The notes under the pieces were generated by a model. That model was not told the origin of the DNA and searched no databases. It worked only from the letters and a program-made list of their open reading frames with translations. A stretch of DNA of 64,000 bases. Source: a bacterium (lineage in GTDB: Bacteria; Patescibacteriota; Minisyncoccia; Moranbacterales; GWC2-37-73). Shown here in pieces: positions 1 to 9,508 of the stretch (positions within the stretch are counted from its first letter, which is position 1; every line of letters starts with the position of its first letter). Location: the NCBI GenBank assembly GCA_037140955.1, contig JBAXDL010000002.1, positions 105,846-169,845 of the forward strand, in the 5' to 3' direction. A program made the translations under genes and the position numbers.

Positions 1-552
1 CCATTTCACAAATTACTTGCAGAAAAAAATGATAGCGTTAAAAAGGAAGATTTACTAGAAAAACTTGATCGACCATGTCCAACTTGTGGTGCTGATTTGA
101 TCATGAAATTTGGACGTTTTGGAAAATTCATTGCTTGTGCAAACTATCCAACCTGCAAATATACTGAAAAAACAGATTCTGAAAAGAAAGAAGATGAGGA
201 AAATTCAGGAATAGTTTGTGACAAATGTGGAAAACCAATGCAAGTTAAGCGTGGACGCTTTGGAGCATTTCTTGGTTGCAGTGGATATCCAGAATGCAAA
301 AACATCATGAAAATCGAGCAAAAAACCGGAATCAAATGTCCGAAATGCCTAGAGGGAGATGTTATTGCTAGAAAATCAAAGAAAGGCAAAATGTTTTATG
401 GTTGCAACAAATATCCTGATTGCGATTTTGTGATGTGGAACAAACCAACTGGAGAAATGTGCCCAATGTGCAAGCAACCACTTGCCTTTGCTGCCAAAGG
501 AAAAATCAAATGTCCAAACAAGGATTGTGGCTTTGAAAAAGATGGAGAATAA
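1..552 (+). CDS. topA: DNA topoisomerase I, C-terminal zinc-ribbon region (5' truncated by window edge)
   Basis: Frame is open from base 1; repeated C4 zinc ribbons (CPTC...GRFGKFIAC..YPTC, CDKC...GRFGAFLGC.GYPEC, CPKC...FYGCNKYPDC) typical of TopA. Confidence 0.93.
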   Translation, partial: PFHKLLAEKNDSVKKEDLLEKLDRPCPTCGADLIMKFGRFGKFIACANYPTCKYTEKTDSEKKEDEENSGIVCDKCGKPMQVKRGRFGAFLGCSGYPECKNIMKIEQKTGIKCPKCLEGDVIARKSKKGKMFYGCNKYPDCDFVMWNKPTGEMCPMCKQPLAFAAKGKIKCPNKDCGFEKDGE

Positions 553-600
553 ATAAAACATTAATCCATGAGCATTTTTTAAGACGTTAACCGTGAATAC

Positions 601-686
601 AAGCTCGTAATAATATTGTTTTTTGCGACTTCCGTTTGAACAAAGTGAACGAAAGGCAAGCAAAGAAATAATATTATCACGAAGCT
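601..686 (+). repeat. Dispersed ~87-bp hairpin repeat, family R1, copy 1
   Basis: Core aatattgttttttgcgacttccgtttgaacaaagtgaacgaaaggcaagcaaagaaataatatt recurs near-identically at 9387-9473 and 12038-12124; arms are inverted repeats. Confidence 0.9.
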
Positions 687-706
687 TTGCAATCAAGGAG
701 ATAATT

Positions 707-820
707 AATTTCTTTTCGCCTATTTTATTTTTAGGCACGTCATTGGTCGAAATCTATGACCAATGACTCTTGATTACTGTCGTAGCTAGCGGCCTAAAAA
801 CAAAATAGGCTCACGAAATT
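707..820. repeat. Structured three-way-junction palindromic element, family R2, copy A
   Basis: Outer stem gcctattttatttttaggc/gcctaaaaacaaaataggc and inner stem gtcattggtc/gaccaatgac; junction words shared with the element at 18802-18915. Confidence 0.75.
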
Positions 821-843
821 AATATACATTGAATTATTTCTAT

Positions 844-874
844 AAAAAAATCAAAGCAATTGCTTTGATTTTTT
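844..874. terminator. Bidirectional intrinsic terminator between convergent topA and the giant gene
   Basis: Palindrome aaaaaaatcaaagcaattgctttgatttttt with A/T tails. Confidence 0.7.
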
Positions 875-888
875 GTTTTATTTTTTCA

Positions 889-3800
889 CTAGAATTTTGC
901 CCAACCAAAGATGTCTGTGAAGTTTCCAATGATGATTTGAATAATATTTTCTTTGCGCCGCGGTGTGAGCAGTGCAAAATCATTTGAAATTCCTTCATTT
1001 CCAGAGACGTCAACTGATTTAACCCTGAAATTATACACCGTGCCAGCTTTGAAAATTGTTACCACTCCCACGTGATTAGTAGTCAAGTTATCAGAGATTT
1101 TCATTTCTTTTTCTTCGCCATTTCTACCTTCTTTGTAAAGAATACTACTTGTTGATTGCTCATCTGTTTTCCAGGAAATGATCGATTGAACCTTGTCTGC
1201 TTGTGTGAGCGCATTGTCTGTTTTGATGTTGTCAATTCTTGGTGGATTCTCATCTTTTCCAGTGGTCAAGTCTTGCGCCTTGATTGTTGCCTCTGTTCCC
1301 TGTTCATCTTTAGCAGAAATTGAGATTGAAAAAGTTGTACCCTGATTCAAATTGATCAATTCAATCTTGTGCTCAGTGGCAAGATTACGAGACCCTTGCG
1401 ATCCAGTTGTTGCACTATCACGCACATCAGTATAAGTTACATTAGCATCCGTTGGAACGTCTGTCCTAAATGAAACAATTGCACCATGCTCACTGATATC
1501 ATTAATTGAAATATTAGTAATTTTTGCCGGCGATTTTGGTTCAAAAGTTTGATCAGATGAAGAAAAATATTTGCCATCAACATCCTTCCCCTTAACTCTG
1601 TAATGATAAGTTATTCCTTGATTTAGTGATGATAGTTCAATTTGATGATCAGTTGTTTGCGATTTGTTTTCCTTGATTTCGCCATAGCTAGTAGTTAGTC
1701 CATATTCAACTATTGAACTTGTTTCGGTGCTAGTTTGCCAGGTTATGATTGCTTGACCAAGAGCAGTTGATTGAGCCTTGATTGATGAAAGTGATGATGG
1801 AGCATCGGTTTGAAAAGATGATTGCGATGATTGTGAAATATTTCCAACTGCATCAGTAGAAGAAGCCACAAAAATATATTTTGTAGCAGGAATAAGACCA
1901 CTGACCAGCACACTGTGTTTTGTGGAATAATTTGCAACATCCTTGTTGACAGTTCTATCGGAAGCACCGTTTTCATCAGTATTAATGATGCCATAGCCAA
2001 CATTTGAACTTGCCTTTTCATCACTGTCCCAACTTATTGTTGCACTTTCTCCAGTAATACTGCCAACTGAAATATTGGAAAGAACTGGCGCAGTCTTATC
2101 CCCAAGTGCACCTGCACCAGCTGCGGTATACAATTGTTCTTTGGTGGTAAAATCTTTTTCGCCAGAAAAAATCGTTGTATCAAGATTGTCCTTACAAGTA
2201 ACTTTGTAGAAATATTTCGTATTAAACAAGAGTCCATTAAGCTGAATTCCATGCACCACATTAAAAACATCTTCAGATTTTGGAACAGCATCATAAATTC
2301 CAGCCGAGCTTCCATATTCCACAAAACACTTTGCGGCTTGATCTGATGAGAAAGCAATCACTGCGGCAACATCAGTCAATATTGATGGATTTGGATCAGC
2401 AAAAACAATTGAAGAAAGTGGACTATGTGCAAATTCAGCATCCTTTAGTGTTTTAAATGTTTGTTCTGCGCTAGTGTCAACATTGCCATTAATGTCAGTC
2501 ACCTGGATGTCATAGATATAATCTTTGTCGGGAGTCAGACCTGATAGAAAAATTCCATGCGAACGATCAAAGGTCGTGATATTTTGCACAATATTTTTTG
2601 AAGTTTTTCCATAACTAATTTTTACTTTAGCTGACTCATCAGTAGTAAAAGTGATGACAGCCGCATCTTTGCTAACATAAGCAGTTGTTAGATTTGAAAT
2701 CACTGGAGCAGTTGAATCTTGAGTAGTTGTTAGTTCAAAAAAGTTTCCTCCATTTTTATCAATAGTTTCATTGTTGCTTGAATCTTTCGAGGCAACTTCG
2801 AAATAATATTTGGTGTTTTCCAAAAGTCCAAACAAAGTTATTTGATGATTTTTTCCAGAAGCATTGTCAGCCAAACTTTGAGGATTAATCAAAACTCCAC
2901 CGGAAATAGTTTCAGAATAATTAATTTTTGCATCAGCATTAATATCTGTCTTCCAAGAAATGGTGGCGTCATTGTTGTTGACCTGTGTGATGATCACATT
3001 TGAAATTTTTGGACCAGCAAGAGTGGTGAAGGAAAAGTCTCCAATTGCATTTGAACCAGGATTTAAGCCTTCAACTTGACCAAGGTTATTCATTGGATCT
3101 CTTGATTTTACCTTAATGTTGTAACTTGTTTCTGGTGTTAGATTTGAAAGTATCACGGAGTGAGTCATTACCATCGAACCAATTCCATATTCTGGCAAAA
3201 ATGAGGTGTCGGGAGAATATCCCACGATAGAATCAGAAAGTTCATCAGTTGTCCAAGTAATTTCCGCCGTGGTTGGGGTGATGTTCGAAATCGAAACATT
3301 GGTGATTGTTGGCGGCGTGGTGTCTGTGCCACCTTGTCCATTTGGAATGTCAGAAACCGTGTCTGAAAATGCTGATTTGTTGCCAGCCAAATCTTTAGTA
3401 AGCGCGCGATATGAATACAGGATTGAAGTATTAAGATTGTTATCCATATAGAAATTGGCAAGACGATCTGTTTGTTGTCCAACATTTGCAAAACTGCCAG
3501 TATCCTCTTTTCTCTCAATTTGATAGGAATCAAAACCTGTGCCAACTTCAGCTGGAGAAATCACGCTCCAAGCAATAAACTCTCTAAAATCAGCAGCAGC
3601 AGAATTTGAAACATCAAAATATACCATGTTTTTTGGTTTTTGAGGTGTTGTGGAACTCGTTGTTGCAAAATTCCCTTTAGCATCAATGACTTTCAAATAT
3701 ACCGTGGATGGATCAGAGGTCATGGTTGGCCAATTTTTGCTGGCAGCAAAAGATTCAGCAGTGGCATCATGAAAATCTGCAAAATTGGAAACCAGCATTT

Positions 3801-6800
3801 GATAGGTTGAATCATCAGCAGGTACAGCAATGGACAATCTCTTAGTGGATCCATCAACCGTCAAAGAAACGTTGGCTGGATTCTTGGTATCAAGAATAAA
3901 GATTGGAGAAATTCCATAGGCCAAGTTGTTGGCAGCCTCATTGTCATCAACCTTGATTCTAATTTTCATGTTGGCATTATATACGCCATTGTAATCTGTT
4001 TTTGCATTCCAAGTGGCAGTATAAGTTGAAAAACTTCCCTCTTGTACCGCCACAGATCCAAGACTGCCACTTGTTGCAACGGCATTTGTCCATGTCTCAC
4101 TTCCATTTGATGAGCAATTTGCTGTGCAATATTGCAAAGTTGAATTTACAAAACCATTTAGATTTCCCGTGGTAGTGTCTTGGTCTCTGACATCATATGA
4201 AATTGAAACTATGCCATCAGTATTTTGCACGCCAGTCACATTTTGAAGTTCAGGTGGAGCGTTGACAACATAGGTTGCCTGCACATCAGAAAGAGTTGGA
4301 GTGGCTGTTCCATCTGAATGCAGGATTGCTTTGTATTGAATAAACTTGTCATTTGACCCATCAGAAATTGCAGTTGGCATTATGGTTGCTCCAGTTGGAT
4401 CAGAAAATTCAGTGCCGCTTGTGCCATCTGGCCCCATCCAAGAAGTCCAAGTGTTTCCATCTGCTGAAGTCCTGGCTTGCATCGTCACTGCAGTGTTGGC
4501 ATCAACTATTTGGTTCCAAGCAAGTTTGGCAAAAATATTAGCATTGTCAGTTGTGTTGTATGAAGATGAAATCAATGAGGCAGCTGCTGGATATGAAGTG
4601 TAGCCAAGAGTGATGTCATTCAAGCTTGGGGTGTTGGTTGAGTCTGAAGTGAAAGATGTTTTGTATTTAACATAGCGATTAGCACCAAGTGAACTTGGAG
4701 CACCTTCTTCGTCGGCACCAATGTCCCAAGTGTCGTTGCGGTATTGCCCATCAATGTCAGCTGAAAAAGGAAAATTCACATCAGCGGAGAGATTTGTTCC
4801 GGCGTTTTTGGCGGCAGTGTCAGAAGGAGAAAGGTGGAAATCAAAATTAGCAGCATCGATGAATTGTACGGTTTTATTTCTCAATGCGATGTTTGGTGAA
4901 GTTGCATCTTGTGAAATATTATTAACCGATGCAACATTAAACGATCCAGAATAATCAGCAACATTACCATTTGCAATATTATTTTTAAGAACTGCCCCAT
5001 TACTAGCAAAGCCAGTAGTACTACCATAAACACTATTATTGAAAATATAATTAGAAGAACCAGAATTATTAAATATACCAAATGAACCAGTACCAATAAA
5101 ATTATATATTATATTATTATAAATTTTTACATTCATTTGCCCATATCCACCAGCACTTAAATTTATACCAGTACTGTTTGACTGATTAACCAATGTTCTG
5201 ATTATATTATCAGAAACGTTAACATTTTGAACAAGTGATGAAGCAGAGTCCACCAAAATACCTCCGCGATAAGCCTGATTAAATCCATATTCCAGCATTA
5301 AACCGTCAATTACTACATTACTTATATTGATCACCATTGGAAACACAGCAGCGAATGATATTCTGATTGAATATTTCAAATTATCCCACTTCCCCGCATG
5401 CCGTTGACTCTGATTAGCCTCACTAGAAACATTGTTTGGAGTATAAATTTTAATAAAATTATTAACCCCAGTAGTATAGCCAGAAACAGCAACTGCGGTG
5501 GTGTCCGCGCCAGTGTCATAATAGCAAGGAAGATTGAGTTGATAATTATTAGTCACCAAATCAGTTGTGTTCAAAAAGTTTGCACCCGATGCTCCAGTGA
5601 CAGCAGCACTCAATGACGAAAAAGCATGGGCAATAGAATTTACAGTTTGACTTGTCACATCAGCTGGCACAGCGCCAAGCTTGGTGACAACTTTCCATTG
5701 GGTTGTGGAAATTTTTCCAGCAATATAGACCACGCTAGAAGCGTTGTATGTGATTTTGTCCCCCACTCCCATATTGGTGGCAGTTTGCGCTACCGAAAAA
5801 GTTGCAACTCCACTTGTAATGCTGATTGTTGGAGAGCCAGTTTTATGGTCGAGTGTGTTTTGACCAACTGAATAATAAATCGGAATTCCACTTTGATTCT
5901 GACCAATGTCAACATAGTTCCAAGTTGCATTGTCATTATTGACAGCAATTTGAGTTTTGATGTTTGTGCCAGCAGTGGTGTTAGCATTCAGAGTTATTGA
6001 AGAAATGTCAGCCTTCACTCCAAGATCAACTGAGTTCGATTCAAAAATTCCACTTGTTTTGAAAATTGGTGAACTGGCTTGCCATTCATCAGCTCCAATG
6101 TCCCAACTGTTGGCGCCAGTTAGACGATGGTTTCCATCAATGTCAGTTTTGAAAGTGGCTGACAAATCTGCACCAGCATTTTTTGCAACAGATCCCGGCA
6201 TCAAATGCAGATCAATGAGCGATGAATCAGTAGAGACAAACTTAATATCAGCAAGTGTTTGATTGGTTTTTGAATTGGTGCCAGGCGCGGTGGCGTCGGA
6301 GGAGATATTGTTATTTTCATATGCATCACCCCTTGTTCCACCCAAAAATGTAAAGCAAGTGCCCGTCGTGCAATTAGCCGTTATGTTATTTTTTTCATAA
6401 ACAATCTCATTACCACCAGATAAACGAATAGAATAGTTAAAATTTGAATTCCCTAAAATATTATAAACGGTATTATTATAAATATTATCATACCGACCAG
6501 AGTTAATACCCCAGCCAATATTTGAATTGGTAAAATTATAAATAATATTATTATAAACTACTGGATTCTCAGTTGAATTATCAGCTGGCATACCAATTCC
6601 GTATACTCTAGTAGATACGCCCTGTCTAGGATTATATATTAGATTATTTGCAACAATTCCTCTAAAGCCTATATTAATCGCATATCGTGGTTGATTATCA
6701 TCTGTACCCCAATTCGTAATTTCGAATCCGTCAATTATGGTATATTGATTACTAACAGAAATAATATTTGAAGCCACCGCACCTGGTGAGATAATAACAC

Positions 6801-9084
6801 CTGTCCCAGCCACCCCCCAATGCCGGCTCCTTGGCTCCACAGTAAGCCACATGTAATGATTAGCATCAACAGTTGAGCCAGCAATATTAACCCCATCGGT
6901 AAACACTGAACATTTATATGCCTCACCCTTTTCAACTATCCCAGTCGTAGTAATTACAGATAAAACAGTAGCCTGTGCGCCTGATGTTTGCCCAACTACA
7001 ACCTCACCTTGTTGAAAATAACCGGTAGTAGGATTTTCAGTTAAATATTTTTCATTTGCAGTTGCTGTGTTGTGCTCTTTTGTATAAGTTCCCTGATTTC
7101 CTGATGTTTGCCCTATTATAACTTCATCGGCAGTAAAAATACCTATTTGCCCACTAATCTTATACACACCTCGATTTGTCAAATTTCCACTTCTCCACCC
7201 CACCCAATTCTGCAATGTCGCAAAATCCATACCCACACCAGATCCAATTGATGAAACATGTACATAAACAGCACCCACATCATCAGCTCCAATATCCCAA
7301 GTTCCAGCTCTTATATCACCATCAATATCTGTCGATATTGGCAAATTTGCATCAGCCGATAAATCCACTCCAGCATTCTTGGCGACAGTGTCATTAAATT
7401 CCAAATGGAAGTCTTTATTTGCCGCATCGACAAATGCGACTGCTTTATTCCTAAGCGCAACATTTGGCGAGGTTGCATCGTCAGAAATATTGCCAGCAGA
7501 GGCAGCCGAAAATGTTCCAACATATTCAATGCCAGTTGTTCCATTGACAATATTATTCTTTAAAACTGGAGTAGAATTTGCAACAAAAAATCCACCACCC
7601 ACATTATACAAGGTGTTGTTGTAGATATATGCATTATTACTCGCATAAATACCATAATTACTTACAGTTGTAGTTTTCCAGTCGTATATTATGTTATTAG
7701 AAATTTTTACATTAATTCCAATCGGCGCCCTAGCATCAATACCAGCATTGTATTGACTACCACCAGCACAATTACTTGTTATGAGATTTGAATCAATTAT
7801 GATATCACCATTACTACCGGTTATAGCTTTTGCATTAATACCGTTTAAATAATCACGGTTGTTTCCTATTCTTTTTATCTGCAAACCAATGATTTTCACA
7901 TAATTTGTCGAGATATCAATAGTTCCTATGCCACCAGTATTAGAGGTATATTGAATACTATACTTCCCATCATCCCACTTTCCCCGATGCCTTTCTCCAA
8001 GTGGCACATTAATTTCCACATAATGCGTAGCATCAGTTGTCCAGCCAGCAATTGCAAGTGGTGTAGTGTCTGGTCCAACGTCATAATATGGCAAAGCCCT
8101 TTCCACAGCATTGCGCGCCACCAAATCTCCTTGCCTGCCAGCTTCCCAAGCAGCAAGGTCAGAGTACCATCTTCCTACTGAACCAACACCAGAAGCTGGC
8201 GAGCCACCATTGCCCTCTGAATCAATAACTAAAAGTCTAGGCGTTGTGTTTGAAGGATTGAGTGACAATACTTTCCAAGGTTTTCCAGTTGAATCAACAA
8301 ATTTATCATTCTTAAAAATTCTAGAAAGATTTGGTGTGCCAGAAAGAACCAATAGCCATGGTCCAGCTTGATTGACAGCTGTCACAGTCAGTGAAACATT
8401 AGCCAAATGACCAACGGTATATTCATTAACCGAAAGATCTTTGACAATTGAAAGAGAAGCTGAATTTCCCGTACCAAGTGTTTCTGTGTTAGTTTTTGTG
8501 CCAGCATTGAAATCAGCTTCAGTTGTTTGGGTCACTGCTTGTGTGATTTGTTGCAATTGCAAATCATTGCCACCATTTGCCAAGGCAATTCCGGCATCCT
8601 TGCTTTGAAATTCACTCCAAAGCGTTTGATTGGAATTGTGCACAGCAACATTAGCACTTTGTGTTGCCCAAGAAGTTTGTGCGAAATGAAAAGTTGCACT
8701 GTGAGTGATTCCTCCTGGAAAAAAAACTTGAATGGCAATTATTGCCAGGAAAATTGAAAAAGCAGTGGAAGAAAAACTGTAGGTGAAAAGTTTTACTTTT
8801 TTTTGATAATTCTTAAGATGAGAATATGAGTTAAAATTAAGATTAGACTGTGAATTTAGATTTTTTTCTGCTTTTATTTTCGCAATTCGAAGATGATTCT
8901 CTGCAGCTGATTTTGAAAGCAAGTGCCAATGATCTTGCAAAAAAACTGCAATTTTTTGAACTGAAAATGTTTTCTTGAAATTAAATCTATCCCAAAATTT
9001 TCTTTCAACATTAAGATCTTTTAATCTTGTTTTCACAGCCTCTTTTGCTGGTTCAATTTTTGGGTTTTTTTTAATTCTTTCCAT
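889..9084 (-). CDS. Giant (~2730 aa) membrane-anchored surface protein: three beta-helix/choice-of-anchor-Q-like modules and a tandem FN3/Ig-like stalk
   Basis: TM segment near aa 105-125; three modules with NNIIY/NNTVY beta-helix repeats, each ending DFHL...AKNAG.DLS...DIDG..R...WDIGADE; C-terminal repeats of ATISW.TDE.S...V.YG...H.V.L.GL.P.T.Y. Confidence 0.8.
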   Translation of the reverse strand: MERIKKNPKIEPAKEAVKTRLKDLNVERKFWDRFNFKKTFSVQKIAVFLQDHWHLLSKSAAENHLRIAKIKAEKNLNSQSNLNFNSYSHLKNYQKKVKLFTYSFSSTAFSIFLAIIAIQVFFPGGITHSATFHFAQTSWATQSANVAVHNSNQTLWSEFQSKDAGIALANGGNDLQLQQITQAVTQTTEADFNAGTKTNTETLGTGNSASLSIVKDLSVNEYTVGHLANVSLTVTAVNQAGPWLLVLSGTPNLSRIFKNDKFVDSTGKPWKVLSLNPSNTTPRLLVIDSEGNGGSPASGVGSVGRWYSDLAAWEAGRQGDLVARNAVERALPYYDVGPDTTPLAIAGWTTDATHYVEINVPLGERHRGKWDDGKYSIQYTSNTGGIGTIDISTNYVKIIGLQIKRIGNNRDYLNGINAKAITGSNGDIIIDSNLITSNCAGGSQYNAGIDARAPIGINVKISNNIIYDWKTTTVSNYGIYASNNAYIYNNTLYNVGGGFFVANSTPVLKNNIVNGTTGIEYVGTFSAASAGNISDDATSPNVALRNKAVAFVDAANKDFHLEFNDTVAKNAGVDLSADANLPISTDIDGDIRAGTWDIGADDVGAVYVHVSSIGSGVGMDFATLQNWVGWRSGNLTNRGVYKISGQIGIFTADEVIIGQTSGNQGTYTKEHNTATANEKYLTENPTTGYFQQGEVVVGQTSGAQATVLSVITTTGIVEKGEAYKCSVFTDGVNIAGSTVDANHYMWLTVEPRSRHWGVAGTGVIISPGAVASNIISVSNQYTIIDGFEITNWGTDDNQPRYAINIGFRGIVANNLIYNPRQGVSTRVYGIGMPADNSTENPVVYNNIIYNFTNSNIGWGINSGRYDNIYNNTVYNILGNSNFNYSIRLSGGNEIVYEKNNITANCTTGTCFTFLGGTRGDAYENNNISSDATAPGTNSKTNQTLADIKFVSTDSSLIDLHLMPGSVAKNAGADLSATFKTDIDGNHRLTGANSWDIGADEWQASSPIFKTSGIFESNSVDLGVKADISSITLNANTTAGTNIKTQIAVNNDNATWNYVDIGQNQSGIPIYYSVGQNTLDHKTGSPTISITSGVATFSVAQTATNMGVGDKITYNASSVVYIAGKISTTQWKVVTKLGAVPADVTSQTVNSIAHAFSSLSAAVTGASGANFLNTTDLVTNNYQLNLPCYYDTGADTTAVAVSGYTTGVNNFIKIYTPNNVSSEANQSQRHAGKWDNLKYSIRISFAAVFPMVINISNVVIDGLMLEYGFNQAYRGGILVDSASSLVQNVNVSDNIIRTLVNQSNSTGINLSAGGYGQMNVKIYNNIIYNFIGTGSFGIFNNSGSSNYIFNNSVYGSTTGFASNGAVLKNNIANGNVADYSGSFNVASVNNISQDATSPNIALRNKTVQFIDAANFDFHLSPSDTAAKNAGTNLSADVNFPFSADIDGQYRNDTWDIGADEEGAPSSLGANRYVKYKTSFTSDSTNTPSLNDITLGYTSYPAAASLISSSYNTTDNANIFAKLAWNQIVDANTAVTMQARTSADGNTWTSWMGPDGTSGTEFSDPTGATIMPTAISDGSNDKFIQYKAILHSDGTATPTLSDVQATYVVNAPPELQNVTGVQNTDGIVSISYDVRDQDTTTGNLNGFVNSTLQYCTANCSSNGSETWTNAVATSGSLGSVAVQEGSFSTYTATWNAKTDYNGVYNANMKIRIKVDDNEAANNLAYGISPIFILDTKNPANVSLTVDGSTKRLSIAVPADDSTYQMLVSNFADFHDATAESFAASKNWPTMTSDPSTVYLKVIDAKGNFATTSSTTPQKPKNMVYFDVSNSAAADFREFIAWSVISPAEVGTGFDSYQIERKEDTGSFANVGQQTDRLANFYMDNNLNTSILYSYRALTKDLAGNKSAFSDTVSDIPNGQGGTDTTPPTITNVSISNITPTTAEITWTTDELSDSIVGYSPDTSFLPEYGIGSMVMTHSVILSNLTPETSYNIKVKSRDPMNNLGQVEGLNPGSNAIGDFSFTTLAGPKISNVIITQVNNNDATISWKTDINADAKINYSETISGGVLINPQSLADNASGKNHQITLFGLLENTKYYFEVASKDSSNNETIDKNGGNFFELTTTQDSTAPVISNLTTAYVSKDAAVITFTTDESAKVKISYGKTSKNIVQNITTFDRSHGIFLSGLTPDKDYIYDIQVTDINGNVDTSAEQTFKTLKDAEFAHSPLSSIVFADPNPSILTDVAAVIAFSSDQAAKCFVEYGSSAGIYDAVPKSEDVFNVVHGIQLNGLLFNTKYFYKVTCKDNLDTTIFSGEKDFTTKEQLYTAAGAGALGDKTAPVLSNISVGSITGESATISWDSDEKASSNVGYGIINTDENGASDRTVNKDVANYSTKHSVLVSGLIPATKYIFVASSTDAVGNISQSSQSSFQTDAPSSLSSIKAQSTALGQAIITWQTSTETSSIVEYGLTTSYGEIKENKSQTTDHQIELSSLNQGITYHYRVKGKDVDGKYFSSSDQTFEPKSPAKITNISINDISEHGAIVSFRTDVPTDANVTYTDVRDSATTGSQGSRNLATEHKIELINLNQGTTFSISISAKDEQGTEATIKAQDLTTGKDENPPRIDNIKTDNALTQADKVQSIISWKTDEQSTSSILYKEGRNGEEKEMKISDNLTTNHVGVVTIFKAGTVYNFRVKSVDVSGNEGISNDFALLTPRRKENIIQIIIGNFTDIFGWAKF

Positions 9085-9311
9085 GACCAAATCCTCTCAC
9101 CTGGAAAGTTTGTTTTTTGATTGTTATTTGTTTTTTTCCTCGAAAAAAGGTTCACTTTTTTGTTTTCAAAATATATTCATCCAGCAGTAGAAATTGCACA
9201 CTTCTATCGAATCTTTATGGGGTTATTATATCATATCTTGAGGGAGGAGTACAGGATGGAAAAGTGGACAACTTTTTCTTTTTTTTAAGCTATTTTTTTG
9301 ACTTCTCCTGC

Positions 9312-9340
9312 TTGCAAAATAGTGCTTATTTTCCTATACT
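9312..9340 (+). promoter_or_regulatory. sigma70-type promoter for relA/spoT
   Basis: TTGCAA-17 bp-TATACT upstream of the gene. Confidence 0.5.
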
Positions 9341-9386
9341 AAAAACATACAAATAACATTGAAGATGGTAGCCGTTCTTTCACCAC

Positions 9387-9473
9387 AAGCTCATACGAAT
9401 ATTATTTTTTTGCGGCTTCCGTGTGAACAAAGTGAACGAAAGGCAAGCAAAAAAATAATATTCATATGAAGCT
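9387..9473 (+). repeat. R1 hairpin repeat, copy 2 (in the presumed relA 5' UTR)
   Basis: Near-identical to 601-686 and 12038-12124. Confidence 0.9.
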
Positions 9474-9508
9474 CCAAAAAAAGACATAAACAAATAATTT
9501 TAACAAGC

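Noticed and set aside
707-820. Hammerhead ribozyme (GAG...CGAAA resemblance)
   Set aside because: The CUGAnGA core is absent.
4700-8200. Diversity-generating retroelement target or template
   Set aside because: No reverse transcriptase and no near-identical repeat pair differing only at adenines was seen.
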